From: a virus
Taxonomy: Duplodnaviria > Caudoviricetes
IMG/VR virus record: IMGVR_UViG_3300013383_000017
Span: 64,001 to 128,000 of that record
Reading direction: 5' to 3' (one strand)
DNA: 64,000 nt
Under the pieces are notes generated by a model, which saw nothing but the letters and a program-made list of their open reading frames with translations, was not told where the DNA came from and did not search any database. Numbering within the stretch: position 1 is the stretch's first letter; every line of letters begins with the position of its first letter. A program made the translations under genes and the position numbers. Of the stretch, positions 1 through 9,495 are shown in pieces.

Positions 1-42
1 TAAAGGATGCTATGGTCTGGGCAGAGTTCGCATAAAATATTT

Positions 43-72
43 AGTATAGTGAGGGTGATACTTCACTATACT
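43..72 (+). terminator. Hairpin between the truncated upstream gene (ends TAA at 35) and the fibre gene
   Basis: Inverted repeat agtatagtgag / cttcactatact; no clear U-tract. Confidence 0.4.
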
Positions 73-93
73 CCTAATTAAAATTATTTAAGT

Positions 94-2745
94 ATGAGTA
101 AACCATATAAACTACATAAAGTAAACTCCCTTCCTTCAACAGCAACGGAAGGTGATATTTACTTTGTAAAAAGTGATAAGAAGATATATGTAAGAACTGC
201 AAGTGGTTGGGAAGATTTTAATGGTGTTCCTGTTAATAACCTCACCACTACTACTACTGGAAAGGCTCTTGATGCAGCACAAGGCTATGCACTAAAACAA
301 GCAATTGATGCAGCAAAAATACCTCAAATGCAACCAGCACCATATATACCATATGAGGTTACTTATGGAACTGCTGGCTATGTAACTGCTCCTTTTTTAG
401 GGATAAATTATAGAAATAGTGGTAAAAGAGATGTACTAACTTCAAGAGGTTGGCAACAATTGACTGATAAGGATTTAATTTTAGGTCCCGGAACTCAATT
501 ATCTCCAATAGATTACATCCTGAATCCAGTTACTTCTTTAAATATGCTTAATTACCTTCCTGCAGAGCAAATAATATTAGAGGTAAGCTTAGACGGAGGT
601 AGTACTTGGAAAAGTTATAGAGAGTGGTATAATGAAAATATAGCGAATACACCTTTAATGGATTCACAGTATAAAAACTATAAAAGATCATTATTTAATA
701 ACACATCAACATTTAATATATCAATACCAACCAAAAACAATAAAAAATCAGTTGATTGTAAACTAAGAGTTACATTTACTGCAATGCAATTCAATGTTCC
801 AGATGGTACTCCAGAAACTGAAATAGTAAATTATTGGAAATCAGATTATGTTAATATATGTGAAAGATACTGTAGATTAAATAAATTTCTTATTAATATT
901 AGTACAAGTGGCGCTCCGGGAATTAGGTGCCTACATGAAATTAGAAAAGGAAATTCGGATATATGGGAGGAGTGTCGAACATCAGAAAAGATGATAGGCT
1001 GGACAGGTTGGAACTCTTTCCCAATTGGAAATAAGAATGATTCTATTAGTTCCTGTACTTTCGGTGGATCGACCTCTCAAGTTAATAATTACTGGTGTCA
1101 TAGATTAACCTTCTTTATTTGTGGAGAAAAAGAAGAGTCTGATGACGCTACAATAGAGAGTCAAAGTAGTCAAGATTACTTATCTATTCGGAGTAGTATT
1201 ATTAGCATACTTGGGTTTGGTTATGCATATTTTATGGCCCCTAGCTATAATAAAACTAATTTTCCATTTTATTCAGATTTTCTTAAACAGACACACTTTC
1301 TAGGAAATATATTTATACAGGATTCAAATAATACGATTGTAGCCTCAATTGAAGATAATGGTAATTTGTATGCTAAGAATATATATGAAGGTAATAAAGT
1401 CGCTTCCAATTCACTTAGTAATAAATATGCAAATAAGACTTATAATGCTAAATCCTATGAAGCAATAAACATAAAGACAGATAATTCAGCAGAAAGCAAA
1501 GCAGCCAATGTAGCAGCAATAAAGGCATATACTGATAACCTTATTAGTTTGGGAGTAAGCTTGAATAATGGATTTATAATACCTGTAAGAGTAGACAGTA
1601 TTAACTATGGGGTATTGGTAGGCTCCGGAAGTACACCTCGATTACATGGGTATATCAATCGAGATAATACATGTAATTCCTTGGTTATTGCAGTTGATGG
1701 TACTGCAGCTATGTCACAAATACAAAGAGCAGCAGAATCTACTCTTTCTACCACCTCAAAAACCATAGTAGGAGCAATCAACGAATTGAAGACAGAAGCA
1801 GGGATGAGGGATAATGATATAAGTGCAGCACAAAGTCAAGCATTATCGGCGCAAGAAGAAGCCACAGATGCAAAGAATAAGGTTACTGACCTTGAAAAGA
1901 AAATACCTACCATAGATAGTGCGCTAAGTGACACTTCCACTAATCCTGTTCAGAATAAGATATTAAAAACCTGCTTAGATAATATAGCAGATAATGTAGA
2001 TGCAGCTGCTGATGCGGTCGCAACTCTTTCTAATAAGGAAACTACCATTGCAGGACAGAAAGTGAAGATTGGAGGAGAAATAACTGCCGTACAACTAACA
2101 AAAGGATTAAGATTTCCAATTCGCAGTGTGCTTAACCTTTTAGAGAGTGACCAAAGTCTTAGTTTAAGTTCATTTAATGCATATCTAACTGAGAATAATT
2201 TAAGCTTGCAAGATTACTTCTGTGCACCTACTATGATTTATCGTTCAGAAGATGACGCAGAACCGAAGTGTGGTATGATGTATAATTCACCTACTTCACA
2301 CTGCCTTACAGGTATATTTGACACAGGTACAGACACAGTGGAGTTCGAGGATATTCAGAAAATTCAATTTAATACAAACTCTGGAACAATTAATATAGGC
2401 AATAATGGCTTAGCAGAAGTACCTTCTGCAACTATTAACCTATCATCAGTGCCAACCACAAGCACCCCAGTAACCACAACCCTGAATGATTATGACTATA
2501 AGCAAATGACAGATTTAAGTATTAAGAAATATGTGAAATTTCCTAATACGATGTCTGTTAATAACGCAAGAACACTTATGGAATTAACTCTTATGGAAAA
2601 GAGTGAAATGATTAGACTTAGTGGTGCAGAAGAGGTATGGACATATGTATATCAGCACATCTGCTATTATGGGGGTGGTATTCATGTCTTTGAATTTAGT
2701 CTAAATAGTGATACCAAAGTTTTAACTGCTAAAATGATAATGTAA
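94..2745 (+). CDS. Tail fibre / receptor-binding-like protein (883 aa)
   Basis: Contains shaft motifs common in gut-phage fibres (VNNLTTTTTGKALDAAQGYALK, LSTTSKTIVGAINEL, IDSALSDTSTNPVQNK) and a coiled-coil segment. Lies upstream of the virion module. Confidence 0.6.
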   Translation: MSKPYKLHKVNSLPSTATEGDIYFVKSDKKIYVRTASGWEDFNGVPVNNLTTTTTGKALDAAQGYALKQAIDAAKIPQMQPAPYIPYEVTYGTAGYVTAPFLGINYRNSGKRDVLTSRGWQQLTDKDLILGPGTQLSPIDYILNPVTSLNMLNYLPAEQIILEVSLDGGSTWKSYREWYNENIANTPLMDSQYKNYKRSLFNNTSTFNISIPTKNNKKSVDCKLRVTFTAMQFNVPDGTPETEIVNYWKSDYVNICERYCRLNKFLINISTSGAPGIRCLHEIRKGNSDIWEECRTSEKMIGWTGWNSFPIGNKNDSISSCTFGGSTSQVNNYWCHRLTFFICGEKEESDDATIESQSSQDYLSIRSSIISILGFGYAYFMAPSYNKTNFPFYSDFLKQTHFLGNIFIQDSNNTIVASIEDNGNLYAKNIYEGNKVASNSLSNKYANKTYNAKSYEAINIKTDNSAESKAANVAAIKAYTDNLISLGVSLNNGFIIPVRVDSINYGVLVGSGSTPRLHGYINRDNTCNSLVIAVDGTAAMSQIQRAAESTLSTTSKTIVGAINELKTEAGMRDNDISAAQSQALSAQEEATDAKNKVTDLEKKIPTIDSALSDTSTNPVQNKILKTCLDNIADNVDAAADAVATLSNKETTIAGQKVKIGGEITAVQLTKGLRFPIRSVLNLLESDQSLSLSSFNAYLTENNLSLQDYFCAPTMIYRSEDDAEPKCGMMYNSPTSHCLTGIFDTGTDTVEFEDIQKIQFNTNSGTINIGNNGLAEVPSATINLSSVPTTSTPVTTTLNDYDYKQMTDLSIKKYVKFPNTMSVNNARTLMELTLMEKSEMIRLSGAEEVWTYVYQHICYYGGGIHVFEFSLNSDTKVLTAKMIM

Positions 2746-2747
2746 TT

Positions 2748-3047
2748 ATGTGTGACATTATTTATAATTATATAAACAAATTAATAGCATTCTCTAAAAG
2801 ACATGATATACTATATAGTATTATATGTCTAATTATAGTAACAGTTTTATACTTTTTTCCTATAAATATATATGTAGCAACTTTTATAATATTATTAATT
2901 TCTTTTCCTTATTTTAATGAACCTAAGAAATTATCTTTTGGTAAGTACAAAAAAATGGATGAACAATGTGATACAATATATATGTTTACTGGTATAATAG
3001 TAGGAGCTGTATTATGTATTATAGCATTAAATGGTAATGTTTTTTAG
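2748..3047 (+). CDS. Small membrane protein, 3 predicted TM segments (holin-like size)
   Basis: Three hydrophobic stretches in 99 aa; function not established. Confidence 0.5.
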   Translation: MCDIIYNYINKLIAFSKRHDILYSIICLIIVTVLYFFPINIYVATFIILLISFPYFNEPKKLSFGKYKKMDEQCDTIYMFTGIIVGAVLCIIALNGNVF

Positions 3048-3049
3048 TA

Positions 3050-3090
3050 TAAATCCTCAATAGAGTAACTTCTATTGGGGATTTATTTTT
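3050..3090 (+). terminator. Rho-independent terminator
   Basis: taaatcctcaatagag...ttctattggggattta followed by a T-tract. Confidence 0.75.
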
Positions 3091-3127
3091 ATATATAGTA
3101 ATGTTTTCTTTTTACTTTAAAATAACA

Positions 3128-3135
3128 TATCTTTG
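3128..3135 (+). promoter_or_regulatory. Bacteroidota -7 promoter element (TAnnTTTG)
   Basis: TATCTTTG lies 45 nt upstream of ATG 3181; the -33 position reads TTT rather than TTG. Confidence 0.55.
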
Positions 3136-3180
3136 TATTGTAAGCTTACAGAGATATGTTTAATTTTTAATTATAATTTT

Positions 3181-3942
3181 ATGTCAGAAGAAAAAACTTA
3201 TGTATTTGGAAATGATACCAGTAATGGATTATGGGCATCTTTACCAGCAATGCTTTCTAATAGAGGTGTTGATCCTGCTATTTTATCTTGTTTTAATAAT
3301 AGAGGATTTCTTGGTGGTGATGGGGATATACTGGCTCTTATTATTTTGTTTGCTATATTTGGTGGGGGATTCGGAAATTTTGGATTTGGTAATGGAAATT
3401 CTGTTGCTTCTAATACTGATATGATAATGCAGACATTAAATAGGAATGGATTAGATGTTGGTACTCTTGCTACTAATCTTAATGTAACAAAAGATGCAAT
3501 AACTACAGCTATTGGAGGTGTAGCAACTCAACTATCACAGTGCTGCTGCGATAATAAAACTGCAGTTATGCAACAGGGTTATGAAAGTAGAATAGCAAAT
3601 GCAGAACAAACTACTATATTAGGTAGTAAAATAGATCAGCAAACAGCTCTTATAAATGACAAGTTCTGTGCCTTAGAAATGAGAGACATGCAAAGTAAAA
3701 TGGATGAATTAAGGGAAAGAAATACTGCCCTTATGAGTCAATTAAGTAATGAGCATCAAACTGCTGCTTTGCAGAGTTATGTTGCTTCTACTATTTCTCC
3801 AATTGCATCTGATGTTGCTACAATTAAAGCTACTTTACCACCAACAGTTAGTGTTCCTTATCCACAACTAGCAGCAGTGCCAGCATCTTATGCTACTGCT
3901 TATTATAGTCCTTATTTTAATAGTAATAATTCTATTTGGTAG
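3181..3942 (+). CDS. Hypothetical membrane-anchored coiled-coil protein with CCC motif
   Basis: ATG at 3181 is preferred over the TTG at 3133. Gly-rich TM segment (ILALIILFAIFGGGFG), QCCCD motif, coiled coil, Pro-rich tail. Confidence 0.75.
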   Translation: MSEEKTYVFGNDTSNGLWASLPAMLSNRGVDPAILSCFNNRGFLGGDGDILALIILFAIFGGGFGNFGFGNGNSVASNTDMIMQTLNRNGLDVGTLATNLNVTKDAITTAIGGVATQLSQCCCDNKTAVMQQGYESRIANAEQTTILGSKIDQQTALINDKFCALEMRDMQSKMDELRERNTALMSQLSNEHQTAALQSYVASTISPIASDVATIKATLPPTVSVPYPQLAAVPASYATAYYSPYFNSNNSIW

Positions 3943-3945
3943 GAG

Positions 3946-4281
3946 GTGATTATGGCTCAATTAAAATTTTCAAATAGAGTCGGTTTTCCTAATTTAGAAG
4001 CAGTTAGTGTGGTTTCAGATGGTACTAATACTACTGTTAATTTTAATCCTTATAATATACCCACTAATACTTTCTTTGGCGGGTTTTGGGTTAAAATACC
4101 ACAAGCTGTAACTACTAGTACTGAACCATTGCAGTTTAGTACAATAGGGGTTAGTAACTCTACAGTTTCTGTTTATTTAGCAAATGGAACACAAGCTACT
4201 GTGGCTAATATAGCTAGTACAGGACCTGCTATTTATTTAGTATTTTATGATAGAGATAACAAAAGAGTTCAATTAATTTAA
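3946..4281 (+). CDS. Hypothetical beta-rich protein
   Basis: ORF tightly packed in the operon; alternative ATG at 3952. Confidence 0.7.
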   Translation: MIMAQLKFSNRVGFPNLEAVSVVSDGTNTTVNFNPYNIPTNTFFGGFWVKIPQAVTTSTEPLQFSTIGVSNSTVSVYLANGTQATVANIASTGPAIYLVFYDRDNKRVQLI

Positions 4282-4287
4282 TTTATT

Positions 4288-4809
4288 ATGTTTCAATCTT
4301 TAAGACAGAATAGTCAATTATATGTATTTTATAAAGGTGATAACCCAAGATTAGAAAGGGCAATGGTTGTATCACCCCCTGTTTCAAGACCTAAATACCA
4401 AGTACCTGCTAATTTTGGTCAATCAGAAATGGTAGTAGATATAATAGCAAAAGTAAATGGACAAACAGTTAATTATAATGGTTTACCGGCACATTTAGAT
4501 ATAGCAGATAGTGTATTAAGTGGTGAAAATATTGTTGTTTCTGATAATAAGGAAGCTATGAATGCTGAAATACTATCTTTAAAACAGAAAAGTATAGATA
4601 TAATTAATAGTGTTGATTTTCATAAAAACCTTATAAAGAATTGTGATTTAATTCTTTCAGAGCTAAATCCAGAATTTGCAGAAAAGAAAGCTCAAAAAGA
4701 GGAAATAGATACTTTAAAAATACAAGTAAATGATCTATCTAGTAGTATTAAGGAACTTATGGAAACTAATAAAATATTAATAAATAAGTTATCTATAAAA
4801 AATGAATGA
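4288..4809 (+). CDS. Hypothetical protein with C-terminal coiled coil
   Basis: ORF in operon; heptad-rich C-terminus. Confidence 0.75.
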   Translation: MFQSLRQNSQLYVFYKGDNPRLERAMVVSPPVSRPKYQVPANFGQSEMVVDIIAKVNGQTVNYNGLPAHLDIADSVLSGENIVVSDNKEAMNAEILSLKQKSIDIINSVDFHKNLIKNCDLILSELNPEFAEKKAQKEEIDTLKIQVNDLSSSIKELMETNKILINKLSIKNE

Positions 4810-4967
4810 TTATGAAAATGTGGGAAATAAGAGAAAATGATGAACATAGACCAAGAAAATTAAGAAATTATAAAGAATATGATGATTATACTTGTGGCTA
4901 TGAAGATGGTTATGAAGAAGCTATGAGGTCTATGCAGTATAGGTATAATGAAAGAAAAATATATTAA
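4806..4967 (+). CDS. Small Tyr/Glu/Arg-rich protein (53 aa), absent from the ORF track
   Basis: Hand-translated as MIMKMWEIRENDEHRPRKLRNYKEYDDYTCGYEDGYEEAMRSMQYRYNERKIY*. ATGA overlap with the previous stop; ends 2 nt before the next ATG. Confidence 0.65.
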   Translation: MIMKMWEIRENDEHRPRKLRNYKEYDDYTCGYEDGYEEAMRSMQYRYNERKIY

Positions 4968-4969
4968 AT

Positions 4970-5368
4970 ATGAGATTAGATACTTATAACCACTTCCCTA
5001 CAGGAATGATAGAATACTTAGATACTTATGGGTGGCATTTTAGTAAAGCAATGTGTGATTGGGCAATAAGTAAGATGCATAAAGAAAATAATAAACCTAT
5101 TGATGTTATAAGTAAAGAAAGAGTAGATAGCTTATTATCTATTTATGGTATTAAACTAGATAATAATAAGGGCTATGACTATGTTTATATAGCTAATATG
5201 GTAATGAGTGATTTCTATGGTAAATCTATAAAAGATGAAGAACATCTTATTCTTTATGTAAAGGATGTAATAGATGATGTTGATGCCTATGAAGGTATGC
5301 CTTTTACTAGGTTTTATGCTGATTGTATAGGTAGTGGTACCCCTATAATTTGGGAGGATATGTTATGA
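4970..5368 (+). CDS. Hypothetical protein
   Basis: ORF in operon (YGWHFSK, YDYVYIANM, FYADC motifs). Confidence 0.75.
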   Translation: MRLDTYNHFPTGMIEYLDTYGWHFSKAMCDWAISKMHKENNKPIDVISKERVDSLLSIYGIKLDNNKGYDYVYIANMVMSDFYGKSIKDEEHLILYVKDVIDDVDAYEGMPFTRFYADCIGSGTPIIWEDML

Positions 5369-5799
5369 TAAAACAAGATATTTATATTAGAAAATATGGT
5401 TGGAAAATAATAGTGTTCTATATTGTAAATGATATAGATATCAAGGCTATTTTAAAAGAACTAATTAATATAGATTGTGATATAGAATCTTTTATTAATA
5501 TTTATTATAGAATAAACCATTTTAATTATAATGAAGGTATTACATATACAAATCAAGATACTAAAGATACTATAGTAATTATATTTCCATCTACTTCTCC
5601 AGAAGAACTAAGTGATACTATAAATCATGAAAAAGGACATTGCTTAGCACACATTAGTGAAACTCTGAATATTAATCCTTTTGGGGAAGAAATACAATAT
5701 ATTAATGGTTATATAAGTAAAAAAGTATTTAAAGAATCTAGAAAACTATTATATGGTTGTGAAAAACTGAATCAAGATTTATTTTCAATTAGGCAGTAG
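5365..5799 (+). CDS. Putative zincin-like metallopeptidase (HExxH)
   Basis: INHEKGH motif plus downstream GEE. ATG at 5365 overlaps the upstream stop (ATGA). Confidence 0.55.
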   Translation: MIKQDIYIRKYGWKIIVFYIVNDIDIKAILKELINIDCDIESFINIYYRINHFNYNEGITYTNQDTKDTIVIIFPSTSPEELSDTINHEKGHCLAHISETLNINPFGEEIQYINGYISKKVFKESRKLLYGCEKLNQDLFSIRQ

Positions 5800-5817
5800 G
5801 AAACTACTGCCTTTTTT
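5791..5817 (+). terminator. Rho-independent terminator
   Basis: aggcagtag-gaaa-ctactgcct followed by a T-tract. Confidence 0.85.
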
Positions 5818-5861
5818 ATTTAATATAATATTAAGCACTGCTTAATTTTAAATTAAATGTA

Positions 5862-5892
5862 TTGTATATTTTAAAATTTTTAATTAGTTTTG
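5862..5892 (+). promoter_or_regulatory. Bacteroidota-type promoter for the capsid operon
   Basis: TTG-N20-TAGTTTTG. Confidence 0.65.
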
Positions 5893-5926
5893 TAATTAAT
5901 TATTATTTTAATAAAAAAGGGAAAAT

Positions 5927-7075
5927 ATGGAAGATTTTAGTTTAGATCTCTCTAATATTTTAAGTGATGAGCAATTGAATGCTCTAAACAATGAAGGAGA
6001 GAAGAAAGAAAAACAGGATACTCCACCTGAAATTAAGGAGAACACTAGTACTGAGAATTTAACAGCATCAGAGTTGTTTGATTCAGAGAGCGTAAGTAAA
6101 AGTGACGAGGATAATAAAAAAATTATTAAAGATGATAATGATATCTCTGTCTTAAATACTGATGCTCCCCCAAAAAATATCTACTCTTCCATAGCAAAAG
6201 CATTTAAGACAGATGATATTTTTGATTTATCTGATGAGGAAATAGATAATATTAAAACTTCTGATGATTTTGCTAATGCTATTGAAAAACAAATTCAATC
6301 TAAATTTGATGAAAGACAGAAGAGAATAGATGATGCACTAAATAATGGAGTGCCTGCTGATAGTATTAAAATGTTTGAAAATAATATTGGTATACTTAAT
6401 AGTATTACTGATGAAAACATTGAAGATGAAAGTGAGCAGGGTATTGAGTTAAGAAGAAATTTAATAATAAGAGATTACCTAAATAGAGGTTATACTGAAG
6501 AAAAAGCAGCAGCAATGGCTCAAAGGTCTTTTGATTCTAATAATGATATTGATGATGCAAAAGATGCATTACAACAAAATAAAGACTTTTTTAAGAGAGA
6601 ATATAATAAACTTCTAACAGAAGCTAAGAAAAAAGCTGATAAAGAGAAGAAAGATATTGCTGACGCTGCTGAAAGATTAAGAAAATCTATTTTTGAAGAG
6701 AAGAAGGCATTTGGGGAACTGGATGTTGATAAAGGTACAAGGCAAAAGATTTACGATACTATTAGTAAGCCTTATTATAAAGATCCTGCTACAGGTCAAT
6801 ATCTAACAGAACTTCAAAAATATGAAAAAGATAATCATAATGACTTCATGAAAAATATTGGTTATTTATATGTAATAACTGATGGATTCAAAACCTTAGG
6901 TAATATAACAAAAACTATAGAAAGAAAAGTTAACAATAAGGGCATAAAAAACCTTGAGAATATCATTAATACTACATATAGAAACTCAGATGGCAGCTTG
7001 AGATTAATTAATGATAGTACTTCTGATAAGGAGTCTTATTTCTCTGGTGGTTGGACCCTTGATTTAAATAATTAA
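5927..7075 (+). CDS. Acidic helical protein upstream of the capsid gene (putative scaffold/assembly protein)
   Basis: Very acidic N-terminus, coiled coils, and the position directly before MCP seen in crAss-like phages. Confidence 0.6.
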   Translation: MEDFSLDLSNILSDEQLNALNNEGEKKEKQDTPPEIKENTSTENLTASELFDSESVSKSDEDNKKIIKDDNDISVLNTDAPPKNIYSSIAKAFKTDDIFDLSDEEIDNIKTSDDFANAIEKQIQSKFDERQKRIDDALNNGVPADSIKMFENNIGILNSITDENIEDESEQGIELRRNLIIRDYLNRGYTEEKAAAMAQRSFDSNNDIDDAKDALQQNKDFFKREYNKLLTEAKKKADKEKKDIADAAERLRKSIFEEKKAFGELDVDKGTRQKIYDTISKPYYKDPATGQYLTELQKYEKDNHNDFMKNIGYLYVITDGFKTLGNITKTIERKVNNKGIKNLENIINTTYRNSDGSLRLINDSTSDKESYFSGGWTLDLNN

Positions 7076-7087
7076 TTATAATTACTT

Positions 7088-9437
7088 ATGGTAAAATTAA
7101 ACAAATTTCAGACTGCAACATTTGATGGTTGGGCTTCGGAGATTACAAAAAGAAACCATATTGATTCTATGTATCCAAGTAACCAGCAGGCTGTTGCTGA
7201 TTTTATGATTCAGTTGTTGGCAAGGAATTTTGGTAATAGCCTTGAAACAACTTTGAGTAAATTTCCTACAAAGTTTTTTGAAGATGATTCAGAATTTTAT
7301 TGGGATGTTATAGGTTCTGCAAGGAGAAATATTCCTCTAGTAGAAGCTAGGAAATATGATGGTACACCAGTTAAAGAAGACTCTGGTATGATAGGTGCTA
7401 ACAGAGAGCCTTTCTACCTAGTATTTCCAGAAATGTGGTTCTTCGATGGTGAGGAAATCTTTGGTGAGTTGAATCAAGTTTATCCTATGTTAATTAAGGA
7501 TAAGCCTAAAACTGAAGGTACTAATTATGTTTATCTTGTAGAACTCTCTAATGGTTCAACTAATGGTATTCCTGCTGAAAGGTTACTTGCTGGTGAGAGA
7601 TTCTCTTGGGGATTTGCTCCAGTAGAAAGAGGACTTTCTCGTGGTGTTGGTGGTGTAAGGTATGCTACTCCTGCTAAGATGAGGAATGAATTTACCACAA
7701 TCAGAATTAAAGATGAGGTTTCTGGTGATGTTTATGGAAAGAAGATTGCTATGGGTGTTCCTATGGTTAGAGTAGACCAGAGTGGTAAGATGGTTAAAGA
7801 AACTGCTAATATGTGGATGCATTATTGGGAGTTTGAATTTGAAAAGACTTGGAGAGAATATAAAAATAACCTTTATGCTTATTCTGTTTCTAATAGAAAT
7901 GAGAATGGAGAATATATGAACTTTGGTAAATCTGCAGAGGTTATTCGTAAGGGAGATGGTCTATATGCTCAGTTAGAAAGAGGAAATGTACATTATTATA
8001 ATAAGTTCTCTCTTCAGTTACTAGAAGATTTACTTCTCTCTATTTCTACTTCTAAACTTGAAGCTGGTGAGAGGGAATTCCTTATTAGAACTGGTGAGTA
8101 TGGCATGAGAGATTTCAGCAGGGCTGTATCACAGACTGGTTCTGGTTGGTCTATGTATAATTATAATGCTGATAATCTTGGTATTATGAAGAAAACAGGG
8201 GATAATAACTTTACTCTTGTTAATCCACAGTTTGATAATTATTATACTTTTGGTGGTATTAAGATTAGAGTTGAGGTAGATTCATTCTATGATGACCCTG
8301 TAAATAATAAGATAGAATTTCCGGGAGGAGAAGGCAAAGCAATGTCACACAGATTTGATATTATCAATATTGGTACTATGGATCAGCCTAATATCTTTAA
8401 GTGTGGTATTAAAGGTCAGCCTACGGAAGTTAGGTCTATTCAGTGGGGATTAATGGCATAAGCCTTACACATTTCTCAGTTCTCACTATTCTACCTAGAA
8501 CAGAAAAGAAAGTATAAAATAAGATTGTTAATTGCTAGAAGTTCCTTAGAGACTTTATTGCTTTTTATCTTCAAACATTTAATTATGGAAGAAAAAGAAT
8601 TATGGAAAAAACTAGATGAATATCCAAATATAGAAATTAGTAATTTAGGAAGGATTAAAAAATTAAAAAATCATAAAAAACATAAAGATATTATTCAGTC
8701 TGATTTTTTTAAAGATAAAGATGGGTATTCAAGAATAAATGTTTTAAATAAAAAAGGTGAAATAAAACAAGTTGGTATACACAGACTAGTGGCTTTGGCA
8801 TTTATCCCAAATCTAGAAAACAAAAAGTGTGTCAATCATAGAAACTCAGTAAGAACAGATAATAGAGTTTCTAATCTAGAATGGGTAACACCAAAAGAAA
8901 ATGTTTATCATTCTTTTATTTTTGGTAATGCAGTAAAAAGAACATTAGTACCAAAAAATAAAGTATTAACAGCATTTCAAATTTCTGAAATAGAAAATTT
9001 GAGAAGGATGTATACATTAAAAAAGATTTCATATCTTTTTAATATTAATTATTCTACTTTAAAAAACATAATTCGTAAAAAGAAACAACATAAAGTATTG
9101 GATAACCAGCAGCCAAGTATCTATAGTTACAATGATATTATAGATAAAGGTTCAACGACTATTCCGAAAGGAAGTAGTGAGTAGTACTCACGAAATGCAG
9201 TCTGCTGTATTTACAGTAAAGATATAGTCTGAACTTCAATGAAAATTGAAGAGAATATATGGAAACGATATATTCGTAACATTAAATGTGAGAGATCCTT
9301 ATACGGGTAGATGGGGTAACCAAAATATGTCTTTTGAGGATGACAAGGCTGTTATCCACAAGATGGGACAGTTTGGTGTTTGTGTTCTTGACCCTTCTAG
9401 GACACTGTCTTTGATACCTAAAGTATTAAGGGGATAA
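7088..9437 (+). CDS. Major capsid protein, spliced: exon 1 7088-8450 + exon 2 9289-9437 (503 aa)
   Basis: crAss-type MCP sequence. Splicing joins T|TG to give ...RSIQWG-L-RDPYTGRWG..., and the C-terminus GVCVLDPSRTLSLIP is typical of this MCP family. Confidence 0.85.
8451..9288 (+). mobile_element. Group I intron in the major capsid gene (838 nt)
   Basis: 5' exon ends in U and the intron ends in G. P1: agtggggat pairs with gttctcact, U.G at the splice site. P10: atttctca pairs with the 3' exon tgagagat. Core elements aattgctagaa, cagcagccaag, gttcaacgact and aagatatagtctgaac are present. Confidence 0.9.
8585..9184 (+). CDS. Intron-encoded NUMOD4-HNH homing endonuclease (I-HmuI-like)
   Basis: WK..EISNLGRIK (NUMOD4) and HRLVALAFIPN...VNHRNSVRTDNRVSNLEWVT (HNH); ATG at 8585. 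Confidence 0.85.
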   Translation: MEEKELWKKLDEYPNIEISNLGRIKKLKNHKKHKDIIQSDFFKDKDGYSRINVLNKKGEIKQVGIHRLVALAFIPNLENKKCVNHRNSVRTDNRVSNLEWVTPKENVYHSFIFGNAVKRTLVPKNKVLTAFQISEIENLRRMYTLKKISYLFNINYSTLKNIIRKKKQHKVLDNQQPSIYSYNDIIDKGSTTIPKGSSE

Positions 9438-9442
9438 TTAAT

Positions 9443-9470
9443 GGGTGGGGAAATTTCCCCACTCTATTTT
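9443..9470 (+). terminator. Hairpin/terminator after MCP
   Basis: gggtgggga-aatt-tccccactc followed by tatttt. Confidence 0.7.
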
Positions 9471-9495
9471 AAATTTTTAAAATGGGAGATTAAAA

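Noticed and set aside
94-2745. Diversity-generating retroelement or invertible tail-fibre cassette
   Set aside because: No reverse transcriptase, recombinase or template/variable repeat pair was seen in this window.
9246-9437. 63-aa standalone ORF
   Set aside because: Its 5' part is intron sequence; the rest is MCP exon 2.
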